Positions 1 through 13,129 of a stretch of 64,000 bases of DNA are shown piece by piece. The DNA is from Octopus sinensis (Eukaryota). The stretch is from positions 66,030,001-66,094,000 of the forward strand of contig NC_043007.1 of the NCBI RefSeq assembly GCF_006345805.1, written 5' to 3'. A program made the translations under genes and the position numbers. Under the pieces are notes generated by a model. The model was not told where the DNA came from. It did no database searches and saw only the letters and a program-made list of their open reading frames with translations. How positions within the stretch are numbered: position 1 is the first letter of the stretch; the number at the start of each line of letters is the position of its first letter.

Positions 1-2
1 TA

Positions 3-46
<44 letters not shown>

Positions 47-2718
47 GGAAGATAGGAAAAAACAGCGTTTACTGCAAGGTCTGTACCATCAAAAGAAGAA
101 GTGCAGGGATTTTGGAATAAAATTTGGGCAGAAGAAAAAACACACAACGAAAAGGCCCCCTGGATTGACAGAATATCTACAGAACTGGACCCCTTAGAAG
201 AGCAAAAGTGGGAGGGTGTCAAGGTAGAAGATATAACATCTGCTCTCAGGCGGTCAAGCAAATGGAAGTCTCCAGGAAAGGATAAAATTTCTAACTTCTG
301 GCTGAATGCCTTCCCAGAGAGCCATGAATTGCTAACAGAACTGTACAATGATGTTTTGCAACACCCTAGTAGGATGCCTCCTTGGCTAGTTAATGGGTTA
401 ACATTCCTGCTTCCAAAAAGTGAAGAAACAAATGAACCAAAAAACTATAGACCCATAACCTGCTTAACAACTATGTATAAAACGCTAACATCTGTCCTGA
501 CGGAATATACTTATAGTTTTTTAACAGACAGCACCATATTCCCTAATGAACAGAAAGGATGTAAACGTGGATCCTACGGCTGTAAAGATCAACTACTCAT
601 CAATAAGATGATCTTAGAAGATTGTCACAACGACACAAAAACTTATCAATAGCCTGGATAGACTATAAAAAGGCTTTTGATAGCCTACCACATTGCTGGA
701 TTAGGAAATGCCTGGAAATGTATAAGATAGCACCTACTCTGCGAAACTTTTTCACTGTAAGTATGAGATCATGGAGAACCACACTAACTCTGAACAGTGA
801 CAATGAATCCCTAAATGCTGGTGATGTAAAAATTTCGTGTGGCATTTTCCAGGGTGACTCACTGTCACCACTCCTTTTTTTTTAGCCTTAATACCTCTCT
901 CAAAACTGCTCAATGACGCGCAGTACGGGTATAAAATATTTGATAAAAATATAAATCATTTCATTTAAATGGATGATTTAAAGCTTTTTGCAAAAAATGA
1001 CCAACAACTCAAGGGCTTACTAGCGATAGTCAAACAATTCAGTGACGACATCAGAATGCAATTCGGCCTCGATAAATGTGCAAAAGCTACCTTTATCAAA
1101 GGAAAAATGACAGAAACATCTAACGTTAACCTTGACCAGCAGAATGTCATAAAAGAACTAGACCCAGCGGAGAGCTACAAGTACCTAGGGGTAATTGAAG
1201 GAAACGAAATAAGGCATTCAGAGATGAAGGAAAGGATCAGGAGTGAATGTTATCGAAGAGTGAGAGCAATACTCAAGACAGAGCTGAATGCAAGAAACAG
1301 GATCGAAGCGATCAGTGCATTAGCCATACCAGTCGTGACTTACAGTTTCAATATCGTTAACTGGTCAATTACTGAAATATGTCAGCTCGACAGAAAAATA
1401 AGAAAACTGTTGACAATGCATAGAATGCACCACCCTAAGGCAGATACAGAACGACTTTATCTGCCAAGAAAAGAGGGAGGCCGTGGTCTTTTGCAACTGG
1501 CAATAACAATGAAGATTGCTACAATTGGCCTAGACACCTACCTGAAAAAGTCTGAGGACTGGATGTTAAAACTTGTCTCAAAACATGAAAACAAGAAAGC
1601 ATCATACTCAGTAACAAAACAGGCAAAGGAATATCTAAGTGAATTCCGAATACAACAAATTTCGGAATTAGAGATAGACATACAAGAAACAAGCACAGAA
1701 AAAGCTAAGCGCATGAAAACCCGTGCCAAAACTGCGGCCTTAGATATTCTGAATAATAAATGGCAAGAAAAACCTCTCTATGGCAAATACCCAAAGAGAG
1801 CGAATAATGCAGATATTGACAAAGCTCTGACCCATCAATGGCTAATGGCCTCTGGCTTAAAATCTGAAACAGAAGGGTTTATCATAGCAGCTCAAGATCA
1901 ATGCCTACCAACAAGGAACTACCAGGCCAACATATTAAAGAACGGCAGTAGCCCAACATGTCGTGTATGCCGACAACAAAATGAAACCATTGATCATGTT
2001 GTCTCCAAATGCAGTCTTCTAGCGCCTACAGAGTACCTCAACAGGCATGATAGAGCTGCACAATATATTCACTGGGTAATTTGCAAAAACCTGAATTTGC
2101 CCCATGAAAAAAACTGGTGGGAACACAATCCACCACCAGTGCTTGAAAATGACCACATCTCACTCCTCTGGAACTTCACCATTCAAACTGACAGAAAGAT
2201 AGATGCAAATAGGACAGACATCATATTGAAAGACTTCAGACAAAGAAATTGCCTCCTCATTGATATGACTGTCCCAATCGATATAAACGTATCTGTCAAG
2301 ACCTACCAGAAACTGAGCAAATATAAAGATCTTGAAATAGAAATCAGCAAAATGTGGAAGCTGAAGACTAAAACAATACCTGTTGTCATAGGTGCCCTGG
2401 GAATGATAGCGAAAGGGGCTGATTGCTACCTAACTCAGATACCAGGAAACTTCAAAATGGCAGAAATTCAAAAGATAGTACTCATGGGAACTGCTCATAT
2501 CCTACGCAAAATACTCTCTATGTAATCCCAAGGTTTAAAACAAACTTTTTTTTTAAAATCTATGTATTAGACATTCACTAGTACAACACCAAAAACCCCC
2601 CAAATATATGGCACACTAGGCATAACGACAACGTGAACTTCCAACCTGTTGTCTCTTGAGGTCTCTGGGTGAGACTTGGAGCCAACTTGTACAGACATAA
2701 AGCAAAAGTCAAACATAG
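47..2718 (+). mobile_element. R4/Dong-clade non-LTR retrotransposon (family A), 5'-truncated, inserted in a (TAA)n tract
   Basis: RT followed by a CCHC knuckle and REL nuclease, then a ~190-nt 3' UTR ending AAACATAGAA. (TAA)n lies on both sides (1-46 and 2719-2781). A homologous copy lies on the minus strand at 53350-54650. Confidence 0.9.
101..2525 (+). pseudogene. Frameshifted RT-REL polyprotein of the R4/Dong element
   Basis: ORFs 101-652, 622-885 and 969-2525 join into one protein: KSPGKD, NYRPITCL, QKG, GIFQGDSLSPLLF, MDDLKL, CRVCRQQNETIDHVVSKC, RHD, RTDIIL..LLIDMTVP..K..KY. Frameshifts near 640, 880 and 960. Confidence 0.9.
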
Positions 2719-2782
2719 AATAATAATGATAATAATAATAATGATAATAATAATAATGATAATAATAATAATAATAATAATA

Positions 2783-2910
2783 AACCTTTCTCCTATAGGC
2801 GCAAGGCCTGAAATTTGGTGGGAAGGAACTAGTAGATTACATCGCCCCAGTGTTTCACTGGTACTTAATTTATCGACCTTGAGAAGATGAAAGGTAAAGT
2901 CGATCTCGGC
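2783..2910 (-). mobile_element. 3' part of abundant SINE family (GGCGGCGAGCTGGCAGAA-headed)
   Basis: Matches the copies at 5990-6440, 14430-14640 and 25455-25730 (GATGAAAGGYAAAGTCGAYCTCGGC core). Confidence 0.75.
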
Positions 2911-2936
2911 ATAATAATAATAATAATAATAGTAAT

Positions 2937-2979
<43 letters not shown>

Positions 2980-3366
2980 GTAGTAGTAGTAGTAGTAGTA
3001 GTAGTTAGTAGTAGTAGTAGTAGTAATAATACTAATAACGACAATGACGAAGATGATGATGATGATGATTGTTTTTATTGTTATTTGAGAGGGAAGTGGC
3101 AGTTAATTCGTATCAATCTAGTGTAAGTTGAAAAAGAAAAACACCTCTTACAAGTTTTACAGAATTATGATTTTAAGGATGTCGCGAGCCAAGAAGTCGA
3201 CGTTGTTTCTATTACCGGTTAAAGCCACCTTGTCAATGCTTTTGGCAAAAACTAAAAAGTATAATAATAAATAAAATAACAAATCTTCCATTTTGTTCCC
3301 GTGGAGAACAGCCAAAGTAATATTCTCATTATCAACCTCTTTATCTTCCAAGTCGTCACCTCATTT

Positions 3367-3640
3367 GTTTCTTCTTCTTCTTCTTCTTCTTCTTCTTCTT
3401 CTTCTTCTTCTTCTTCTTCTTCTTCTTCTTCTTCTTCTTCTTCTTCTTTCTTCTCTTCTTCTTCTTCTTCTTCTTCTTCTTCTTCTTCTTCGTCATCATC
3501 ATCATCGTCATCATCATCGTCATCATCATCGTCATCATCATCGTCATCATCATCATCATCGTCATCGTTATCATCGTCATGGTCATCGTAATCCTCCTCC
3601 TCCTCCTCCTCCTCCTCATCATCATCATCATTATCACTAT
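3367..3640. repeat. Compound trinucleotide microsatellite (TCT)n-(TCA)n-(TCC)n
   Basis: Direct reading. It explains the poly-S/L/H/P ORFs in the track. Confidence 0.95.
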
Positions 3641-4034
3641 CATTTAATCCTTCTCTCTACTTTATTCTCCTTATTTCCCCTCCCTTCCTCCATTTCCTTT
3701 TTCTTTTTGTAACTTTCCCTTTTTGTCACTCCAGCTTAATCCACAGGCCCTAATCTCCACTGATTAATTCCCCTTATATATTAATATATCACATCCAATC
3801 TAACTACAGACCCTAATCGCCATTTATTACGACCCATAACATTAACATAATTCACCGATCTATTCTGCATCGTGCCGTAGTAATCTCCCTTGTCCCGTCC
3901 CCCACTCAACTTCCTATTTCTACTCATCCTATTCCTCCTTCTACCTCATTGAATTGCCGTTATTCTATTTGCTTGTCTAACCCTCTCATCTTTATCCTCC
4001 TCCACGTCGTCCACCTTACCTATTTCTTTGTAAA

Positions 4035-4540
4035 TTTAGCACAAGGCCAGCAATTTTTTGAGGGGAGTTGGGAAGCCGACTGCATTGATCCCGTTGTTCA
4101 ACTTTTACTTATTTTATCGATCCTAAATGGATGAAAGACAAAGTTGATCTTAGGAGGCACATGGCCTAGTGGTTAGAGCAGTGGACTCGCGGTCGAGGGA
4201 TCGCGGGTTCGAATCTCAGACCGGGCGATGTGTGTGTTTATGAAACACCTAAGCTCCAGGCAGCTCTGGCAGACGGTAATGGCGAACTTCTGCTGACTCT
4301 TTCGCCACAACTTTCTCTCACTCTTTCCTCCTGCATCTTGCAGCTCACCTGCGACGGACCGGCGTCCCGTCCAGGTGGGGAACCTATACACCAAGGAAAC
4401 CGGCCCTTATGAGCCAGGCATGGCTCGAGAAGGAACAAAGTTGATCTTGACAGCGTTTGCACTCGGAACGTAAAGACTCGGAAAAAAGGCCGCTAAGCCT
4501 CTTGTCAGGCGCTGTAACGATCCTGCCAGCTTACCGCCTT
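4035..4540 (-). mobile_element. Old SINE copy interrupted by a younger tRNA-SINE
   Basis: Homology to the 5990-6206 family on both sides of the insert at 4152-4435. Confidence 0.75.
4152..4435 (+). mobile_element. tRNA-derived SINE with 13-bp target-site duplication
   Basis: A box TGGCCTAGTGG and B box GGTTCGAATCT. CAAAGTTGATCTT is duplicated at 4139-4151 and 4436-4448. Confidence 0.9.
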
Positions 4541-4656
4541 GTCTTCCTTGCATTGTAATTACCTAAATCGGTAAAATACTCCCAAAATATGTCGTGAAAA
4601 ATATAGAATTAATGGAATCAGGTCTCATTAAACCGCTGGTACTTATTAACTCGTTG

Positions 4657-4944
4657 AAGTACATGGCCAAGTGGTCAGTGTAGCGGTCTCGCGGGTTCGG
4701 ATCTCAGACCGGGCGATGTGTGTGTTTATGAGCGAAATACCTAAGCTCCACGCGGCTCCGGCAGAAGGTAATGGCGAACTTCTGCTGACTCTATCGCCAC
4801 GACTTTCTCTCACTCTTTCCTCCTGCATCTTGCAGCTCACCTGCGACGGACTGTCGTCTCGTCTAGGTGGGGAACCTATACGCCAAGGAAACCGGGAATC
4901 AGGTCTTTATGAGCCATGCATGGCACGAGAAGGAACAAACAAAC
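4657..4944 (+). mobile_element. Second copy of the same tRNA-derived SINE (deletion in head)
   Basis: Near-identical body to 4152-4435, ending in an AACA tail. Confidence 0.85.
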
Positions 4945-5322
4945 TTTTTACCTCCCTCTTCGCTAAGGCGGAGGTATTATTTTCAGTTGTGTTTGTTTGT
5001 CCGTAGACAAGATATCTCAAGAACTGCTAGATGGATTCGGATGAAACTTTCAGGGATATTTGGCCTCGTGACTGGCACGAACTGATTAGATTTTGGGATC
5101 GATCCGGTACAGGAAAGGATTCTGGATTATCTTTCCTGTTTTTTTTTGTTTTGTTTTCTACTTAAGTTTTGAGAGCGGTCGGGTTCATTTTTAGTATTCT
5201 CGTTTGTGAGAGCAGTCAAGTTTATTTCAAATATTCTCTCTTTAAAAATCATCTTTGGATGAAGTTGAGAGGAAGTTGATGTTGCCTTGGCGAAGGTTTC
5301 CGCTCCCTGAGTGTTCTTCTTT
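4945..5322 (+). mobile_element. Non-autonomous Helentron-type (HINE/DINE-1-like) element
   Basis: T-rich 5' end with ACCTCC...GGAGGT sub-terminal inverted repeat and a GTTT microsatellite. Downstream partial subTIR GCCTTGGCGAAGGT is followed by a short 3' palindrome and TT. Confidence 0.6.
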
Positions 5323-5559
5323 AATATGATTCCATGGCGATGAAATGCAGTGTCATATTTTATGAAATTTGGAATAGGGGATTGAAAGTTGTTCTAGTTA
5401 AAAGATATGAATTGGCGACAGAGGCAGTATTAACACTGAAATTTAATATTTATCCTCACTTTAAAGTGAATGTTCTTTTAGAACAAACTATACTGCGGTA
5501 GCTACTATGAGAGAAACCCCATGTTGGCTTTTTGATGCACACACAAGACTGTATTTTAC

Positions 5560-5890
5560 GGCTCAGTTGTTAGAGCGTTGGGCTCACAATCATGAGGTAG
5601 TGTGTTCGATTACCGGACCGGGCTGTGTGTTGTTTTCTCGAGCAAGACACTTTATTTTACGTTGCTCCAGTTCACACAATTGTAGAAATGAGTTGTGATG
5701 TCACTGGTGCCAAGATGTATCGACCTTTGCCTCTCCCTTGGATAACATCAGTGGTATGGAGAGGGTAGGCTGGATGCATAAGCGACTACTGGTCTTCCAT
5801 AAAAAACCTTGCCCGGATTTGTGCCTTGGAAGGGAACTTTCTAGGTGCAACGCCATGGTCATTCAAGACCGAAAGGAGTCTTTCGCTTTA
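5560..5890 (+). mobile_element. tRNA-derived SINE (GGCTCAGTGGTTAGAGC-headed family)
   Basis: A/B boxes; same body as 10975-11315 and 59171-59488. Confidence 0.85.
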
Positions 5891-5989
5891 TTTTGCGCCA
5901 GTAAGTCGATATAAAAAAGTTTTTTTCTTGTGGTAACTACCGTAGTATAGTTTGTTCAGATAGAACATTCACATTTAAATGGGGATAAA

Positions 5990-6440
5990 TATTCTTTTCT
6001 ACTTTAGGCACAAGGTCCGAAATTTGGGGGAAGAGGCCAGTTGATTAGATTGACCTCAATTCGCAACTGGGACTTAAGTTATTGACCCCGAAAGGATGAA
6101 AGGCAAAGTCAACCACGGTGGAATTTGAACTCAGAACATAGCGGCAGACGAAATACCGCTAAGCATTTCGCCCGACGTGCTAACGTTTCTGCCAGCTCGC
6201 TGCCTTATATTCCTTTATTACCCACAAGGGGCTAAATATAGAGGGGACAAACAAGGACAGACAAAGGGGTTAAGTCGATTATATCGACCCCAGTGCGTAA
6301 CTGGTACTTATTTAATCGACCCCGAAAGGATGAAAGGCAAAGTCGACCTCGGCGGAATTTGAACTCAGAACGTAACGGCAGACGAAATACCGTTAAACAT
6401 TTTGCCCGGCGTGCTAACGTTTCTGCCAGCTCACTACCTT
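5990..6440 (-). mobile_element. Two head-to-tail copies of the GGCGGCGAGCTGGCAGAA SINE family (5990-6206, 6207-6440)
   Basis: Repeated CTGCCAGCTC...GAATTTGAACTCAGAAC (B-box-like GAGTTCAAAT on the minus strand). Confidence 0.85.
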
Positions 6441-9140
6441 AAGTGGAGATAAATATTACCTCTCTTTTTTGTTCTTGATGCTGCGACTTTGCCTTAAAAA
6501 TTCCCATTAAACAAAGTTTTCCTCTTGTAATTCTGTCTCTTTTTGTACACCTGAAGACAATTGTGCCTTTCATTATTATAAGATAGCGTGACATGATACG
6601 AGGGTGTTATAGATGCTAATTGTAGCGGGTTGAGCGGCCGTATGGGGAAGTTGGTGTGGTTGTTTGCCACCGGAACAACTCTTTTTGAGCAGACATGAGA
6701 TAGAAGGCACTCCAGTAATGACCATCCTATCATTTTATGTATCAAGGACTACACCGACAAATATATCTTTCGTTCCATTTAAGAGAATTTGTTAAGGTTT
6801 TAGAGAGATTTGTTTGCTATTTCTAACAGCTAGAGTTATAACTTTTTCAGTTCCCTCTCACTCACTCTCTCACCCTCTATTTACTCCTCTCTCTCTCTCT
6901 CTTCCTTCTCACACACCTTTTTCTTTCTCTTACTTCTTTCCTTCCGTACATCTCGACTCCATCTCTTCTCACGCTTCAACTTCTCTATCTTTCCTCCTTT
7001 CTCTCTCTCCCCTCTCTCTCCCTTCTCCCTCTCTCTACAGACATAGTAATGGTGCCTTTCTCTTCACTTTCTTTCATTTCTCTCTCTCTTCCTCTCTTTC
7101 CATCCTTATCTCCCCCTCACCCTTTCCCATTCCTTTTATGTCCTCCTCTCTTTTTCTTAGGTTCACTTTCTTCACTACAAACCATCTCTACTTCTCATTG
7201 AGTGTTGATCACAATTGTTACAAGGCATTTGTTTACACTTCCGGAGATCATTTCATGAAATCAGCAATCTTGTATGATATTTGATATACCTTTAGTTTTC
7301 ATTATCGATCATATTCAATATCCTGAGTTATTTCTCTTAGCTCCTTTTCGTTTAAATTATGCAAATTACTTTGGTCATAAATACTTTCTCCTCTGTTCTT
7401 TTTTTTTTTTTGCATATGATTAAGTATCTCATCTGCCGGAACAAAGTAGGACAATTGCTGTGCTAATGAAGCTTATAGAGGCAGAAACAAATACCTACGA
7501 CACTGTACCCCAGGCAATCATGACTGTCTTTTCTTTGTTGACATTTCAGTTTCAGAGAAATCCTTTATTCCTGAAATTATCTTCCTAAATTATCTTACGT
7601 AATCCTATTCAAGGGATTACGTAAATTCGAAATTTAATGAGTAAATTAGAAATGGTGACGAATATATAAGATGCTGTATTTGTTTAGCCCAAGGGCAGCA
7701 CTAATCTGTCAAAGCTATGATCAAAGGCATTCCAGCATGACCATCCTGTCATTTTTTAAATCTTCATTCGTGTGTAAGTTTCTTTATTGTACATGGATTG
7801 TTTTATGTTACTCTGTAGGACAGGATTTGATGAAGATTTAGGTGTTTATTATATTTTTTCCGGTGGGTCAGGTCAGACGACCCCATAGAATCCTCTTCGT
7901 TGTTTCGCACTGTAAAAATGGCAGAGGAATAAATTCTCTTTTACCGTTTTCCACGTTCCGTGTTCAAACATCACAGAAGTTCACTTTGATTTTTATCTCA
8001 CCCGGGACAATGAAATATGTGTGCAATAGCAATAAACTTGAATTGGTTCAATCGACTATATATATAGAATAGACCCAACCCCTTCGCTCTGGCAGAAATT
8101 AGCCATGTGTCTAGTCAAAAGAAATCAGTATTTAGGACATCAACAGAAAAGAAATGAAACTATGGGGAAAGGAATGGGATGTGTTAGAGATACAGGGAAA
8201 GAGATGGGATGGAGGCTGAGGACGAAAAATGAGGGAGAGTATGTGCGTGTGTGAGAGAGAGAGAAATAAAGGGAGTGAGGTAAGGGTAGGAGAGATTAGA
8301 GTGAGAAAGTGAGGCAATATATGATAGATTGGTGGTTGGGTTAAATTTAATGGGTCTTAATTAATGTCTCTCTGTGTCTGGAGAGTAGTAAGGTCAGTGA
8401 GTGTGATAGAAAATTAAAGAGAGAGACAGAGAGGGAAGAGGGAGAGAGAGAGAGGGAGAAAAAATGGTGCAGTAGGAGTAGTTGTAGTAATAGTGATGGT
8501 GTAATGGGTTGGTGGCTTTCGAGTGTAACATTTAGGATGGTTTAATTTGCGGAAAATAGGGTCAGTGTATAGATAAAATGCTTAAGGTCAATGAGGGCGA
8601 AAATGAAAGGAAGATAAAGGGGAAGTGGCCAGGGAAGGATGAATGGTGAAAGAAGTGAAAGAGAGAGGTGGATTCACGCCGAGGAAAGGAGAGAATTAAG
8701 ATTGTGATAGATTAATTAGTTGTTGAATTAATTAATTTTTAGGGAGCATTAATTATTGCAAATAGAGTCCGTGCATACATGTGTTTGTGAGTGTATTGCA
8801 TACGCATGTGTATATATGTGCGTGAGCGCATGTATGAGCCATGCACGAAACTCACAGCTCATGAGCCACTCTCATAACTTTCTGTTGATTAAGAAAGAAA
8901 TATATATACTCATGAATTGAGTTCTATTTCGCTTGTTTATTGTATTAAACTCACGCACACACACACAAACACACACACACATACACACACAAACACACAC
9001 ACGTTTGGCTATATATATATATATATATACATATATATACGTACGGACATACATACATACATATACACAGAGACATATATATATATACACGCACATGCGC
9101 TCACTCAGGTTATACATACATACACATAAATACAAACATA

Positions 9141-9220
<80 letters not shown>

Positions 9221-10177
9221 TAATAGAAATGAAGGTAGGGTCAAAATGTGGATGAAAGGGAACAGAGAGAGTGGGGGGAGAGGAAGTGGGTAATATAGAT
9301 TGAAGGGGTTAATATTTAGACAGTCTTAATTAGTAGAAAATAGGGGTCATCTATCTATCTATACGGCGTGATAGGGTCAATATTTGTATGAAAGTACTTG
9401 CGTGTGTGTAAGAGAGAAAGAAAAAAGAGAGAGTGGAAGGAAAGGGGCACGGGGGATGAGGAAAAAAGAGATGATAGAAAAATGGATGGGAGGGAAATAA
9501 GAAAGAAAGTGATGGGAAGATAATGAGATGAAAGAGAGAGAGAGAGAGAAAGTGGGGTAGGTAAGAATTGGGAGAGCTGGGAGAATAGGTAAGGGCGAGA
9601 ATGATAAGCGAAATAGATTGGTGGTTGTGTTAATGTAATGCGGCTCTAATTAGTGGAAAATAATGTTCATACATATAGAGCGATAGGGCTAATGAATGAG
9701 AAAGAAACAAATAGAAGGGGAGGGAGAGAATTAGGGAGAGAAAAGAAAAGAGAGAAACAAGGCGCGAATGAGCGAGAGAGAGAGGGGGTGGGGGACAGAG
9801 GTGATGAAGAGAAAAAGGAACTTAGTGATTGCTTGCTGTTGATGTCATTGTTACAAATTGCAGCCGCCGTTGCTGGAACATTAAAATCATTTGAAGTGTT
9901 GTATCGTCCTCTAATTAGCTGTTGCAGTCTGGCAGGAGTAGAGACAGCTGCAGCAATAGTGCTAGTGTTGCTGTGGTGGTGAGAGTGGCATGGTGTTGTT
10001 GTTGTTGTTGTTTAGCCCCAGGTTAGGTCAGTTCCGAGCAAGTAGACCTACGATCAAAGACATTCCAGCTCTGAGCATCCGGAATATAATTTTTTTTTCT
10101 ACATACATGTGTGCAGGAAAACCCGAGATCATATTATCCAACGTGTAATTCTTATCATCATCGTCATCATCATCATC

Positions 10178-10612
<435 letters not shown>

Positions 10613-10974
10613 AGGCGGCGAGCTGGCAGAAACGTTAGTACGCCGGTGGTGGTGGTGGTGGTGATGGTGGTGATGCTGGTGGTGAAAGTTTTTGTGGGGG
10701 TAGCTATCGGTTCTGCTACAATGTAATCAATCACAACAACAGATCAACTGTATGATTATTAAATCGACTGCATCATTATTATTAAATCTAGTATTGTCAA
10801 TAATATATTTGCATCTAATCATTCTCTGAAACTCGATGTCATAGGATGTCACATTAACCCCCCCCCCCTCCATCTCACCAACCATAATCTCTGTGACAAT
10901 AAAACTTTTTTTTACCTTATTCACTCGGGTAATAATAAATTCATTGTAAATTATTATACTTACATACGTATATG

Positions 10975-11315
10975 GAGTGACGATGCGTGGCTCAGTCGTT
11001 AGAGCGTCGGGCTCACAATCATGAGATTTTGAGTTCAATTCTCTATGTGTTTTGTTGTGTTCTTGAGCAAGACATTTTATTTCACGTTTTTCCAGTTCAC
11101 TCAGTTGTAGAAATTAACTGCGACGTCACTGGTGCCAAGCTGTATCGGCCTTTGCCTTACCCTTGGATAACTTCTGTGGCGTAGAGAGGGGAGACTGGTA
11201 TGCATGGGTAACTGCTGGTGTTCCATAAATAACCTTGCCTCGACTTGTATTTCAGAAGGGAACTTTATAGGTGAAATCCTATGGTCATTCATGACCGAAT
11301 GAGGTCTTTACCCTT
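10975..11315 (+). mobile_element. tRNA-derived SINE
   Basis: A box TGGCTCAGTCG, B box GAGTTCAATTC; homologous to 5560-5890 and 59171-59488. Confidence 0.85.
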
Positions 11316-11374
11316 TTTTCATATATAGAGGATCCCCTCCCCTGTTATTGAATATATACATAAACATCTACACA

Positions 11375-11760
11375 AGGAATATTGGAGTTACATCCCAATC
11401 AAGACTTCTATTAAATGGTACCATAATAGGTAAAAGATTGTTGTTTGTGAGAAAGAAGAAGACGTGTCCAGCCATAGAAATCAGCTGCCCTTCTCATGTG
11501 AACATCTATTCGAAATTTAAAGAGAAAAATGATAACTAGGACAGCTAATTCGAAATCTCAAGCAGCTGTAATTTGGTTTTAAATTCATATTTATGCAAAT
11601 GATAACTGGTGCACTTGGTTTTAGGAGTAGATGCCTATGTAACAATCTGGATAAGCTGGGGTCTCAGTAAAAGAAATCAACTAGTTAATTTGCATATTAC
11701 AAATACAGTCAGTAGAACAGTAAAAGTATGCAAGACTTCTCTTAAGTTTAAAATGCGAAT
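11375..11760 (+). pseudogene. Decayed REL-endonuclease 3' fragment of R4-type family B
   Basis: HKEYWSYIPIKTSIKWYHNR..EISCP..VNI aligns with HNKKEY*WNVPVKTTIKCKHNRPD..EISCPADVNI at 39600-39790. Confidence 0.7.
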
Positions 11761-12301
11761 TTGTTTTAGTCTACATTCCAACGATGGAGCTTTGTATTTT
11801 TATGAGAAGCCATCTCTTTCCTTGCGGGTAGATTTTAAATGATTAGAAAGATAAGAGAACATGCATACATATGTATATGCATGCGTGCTTGCATGTATGT
11901 ATGCATGGGGGCTGTCGATATGACTATCGCTGAAAACTTATCTTACCCTCCATACATATATACATACAAGGCGTCCAGCAAAGGTAACTATTCCACTTTA
12001 ATGAATTCTATCCCTAGAACATTTTATCATTGATACAAGCCTGTCCCCACCCAATAAATCGTTATCTTTGGATAACAAGCTAGGTGGCTAACCACAACAC
12101 AAACACCTGTTCTGTCACTGTTATTCTTTATATAGCCGGCGGGGAAATGAATCACTACTATCTCTAGTGGGGAAAAATATTACCTCTTAGTATTAATGTT
12201 GTCTCTGTTGCTAATATATATATATACATATATATATATTCGCCATGATAGATCGCTAGCCACTACATATTCTTCATTTTCTCCCTTGTTTCTTTTCGTG
12301 T

Positions 12302-12340
12302 TCCTTTCTGTGGAAGAACGTAGGCTCGAAATATTAAAGA
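12302..12340 (+). ncRNA. Minimal hammerhead-like motif (core CUGUGGA)
   Basis: CTTT-CTGTGGA-A-GAAC GTAG GCTC-GAAA-TAT-T-AAAG; palindromic stem III ATAT; 4-bp stem I. Confidence 0.55.
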
Positions 12341-12464
12341 CTTTTCACTCCCCGACCGTTATACTAACACGTCTGTTTATTGTCTAAACCACCTGTCTTC
12401 GTCTTTTGTTTTTGTGAATCCTCCCTATATATATAGGGAGAATTCACAAAAACATATATATATA

Positions 12465-12532
<68 letters not shown>

Positions 12533-12594
12533 TCGCCATGATAGATCGCTAGCCACTACATATTCTTCATTTTCTCCCTTGTTTCTTTTCGTGT

Positions 12595-12634
12595 TCCTTT
12601 CTGTGGAAGAACGTAGGCTCGAAATATTAAAGAC
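12595..12634 (+). ncRNA. Minimal hammerhead-like motif, second copy
   Basis: Identical to 12302-12340; the two cores are 293 nt apart. Confidence 0.55.
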
Positions 12635-12747
12635 TTTTCACTCCCCGACCGTTATACTAACACGTCTGTTTATTGTCTAAACCACCTGTCTTCGTCTTTT
12701 GTTTTTTGTGAATCCTCCCTATATATATAGGGAGAATTCACAAAAAC

Positions 12748-12827
<80 letters not shown>

Positions 12828-12850
12828 GGTACAGGACGTCACCAACAGTA

Positions 12851-13092
12851 TACAACATGAAGTACGAAAACAAATGAGTTAAATACGCAAACAACGAGAG
12901 AAGCAATGGAAAACGCAAGTAACACAAAGAACGACCCTTCATCAGCTGTTTGCTGTCTATCTACTCATTTCGAACATAGATAACCAATAATTGATGAAGG
13001 GTCGGTCTTTCTGTTACTTGTCGTGTTTTCCATTTCTTTCTCACGTTGTTTTTGTATTTAACTCATTTGTTTTCGTGTACTTCATGTTGTTA
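12851..13092. repeat. Long imperfect inverted repeat (~94-bp arms, ~48-nt spacer) at the 5' edge of a Penelope fragment
   Basis: 12851-12944 is the reverse complement of 12992-13092. A related sequence lies at 53050-53165. Confidence 0.85.
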
Positions 13093-13129
13093 GAATGAAA
13101 AAACTACATAAGTCTTGTATTATATGGTT

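Larger units (their letters stand above)
12239..12747 (+). repeat. Two near-identical ~215-bp Penelope-type hammerhead modules in tandem, separated by (TA)n
   Basis: Units 12239-12453 and 12532-12747 differ only by one T in a homopolymer. Each ends in the hairpin GTTTTTGTGAATCCTCCCTATATATATAGGGAGAATTCACAAAAAC. Confidence 0.9.

Noticed and set aside
2669-3712. ORFs of poly-I/S/L/H/K (and many YI, HT, CV repeat ORFs across the window)
   Set aside because: They are translations of microsatellites, not genes.
4152-4225. tRNA-like sequences here and at 10975, 25300, 36301, 54904 and 59171
   Set aside because: They continue into shared SINE bodies and have broken stems; not functional tRNA genes.
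7465-7500. CTAATGA-AGCTTATAGAGGCA-GAAAC hammerhead-like string
   Set aside because: Core is mutated, the stem II closing pair is mismatched and there is no adjacent stem I or III.
8300-9700. Recurring ATAGATTGGTGG..TTAAT..TAATTAG..AATAGGGTC motif in GA-rich DNA (also inverted near 3730-3870)
   Set aside because: An old degenerate repeat; too decayed to define boundaries or type.
12239-12747. Direct repeats with spacer resembling a CRISPR array
   Set aside because: Repeats are ~215 bp, only two units, the spacer is (TA)n, the context is eukaryotic and there are no cas genes.
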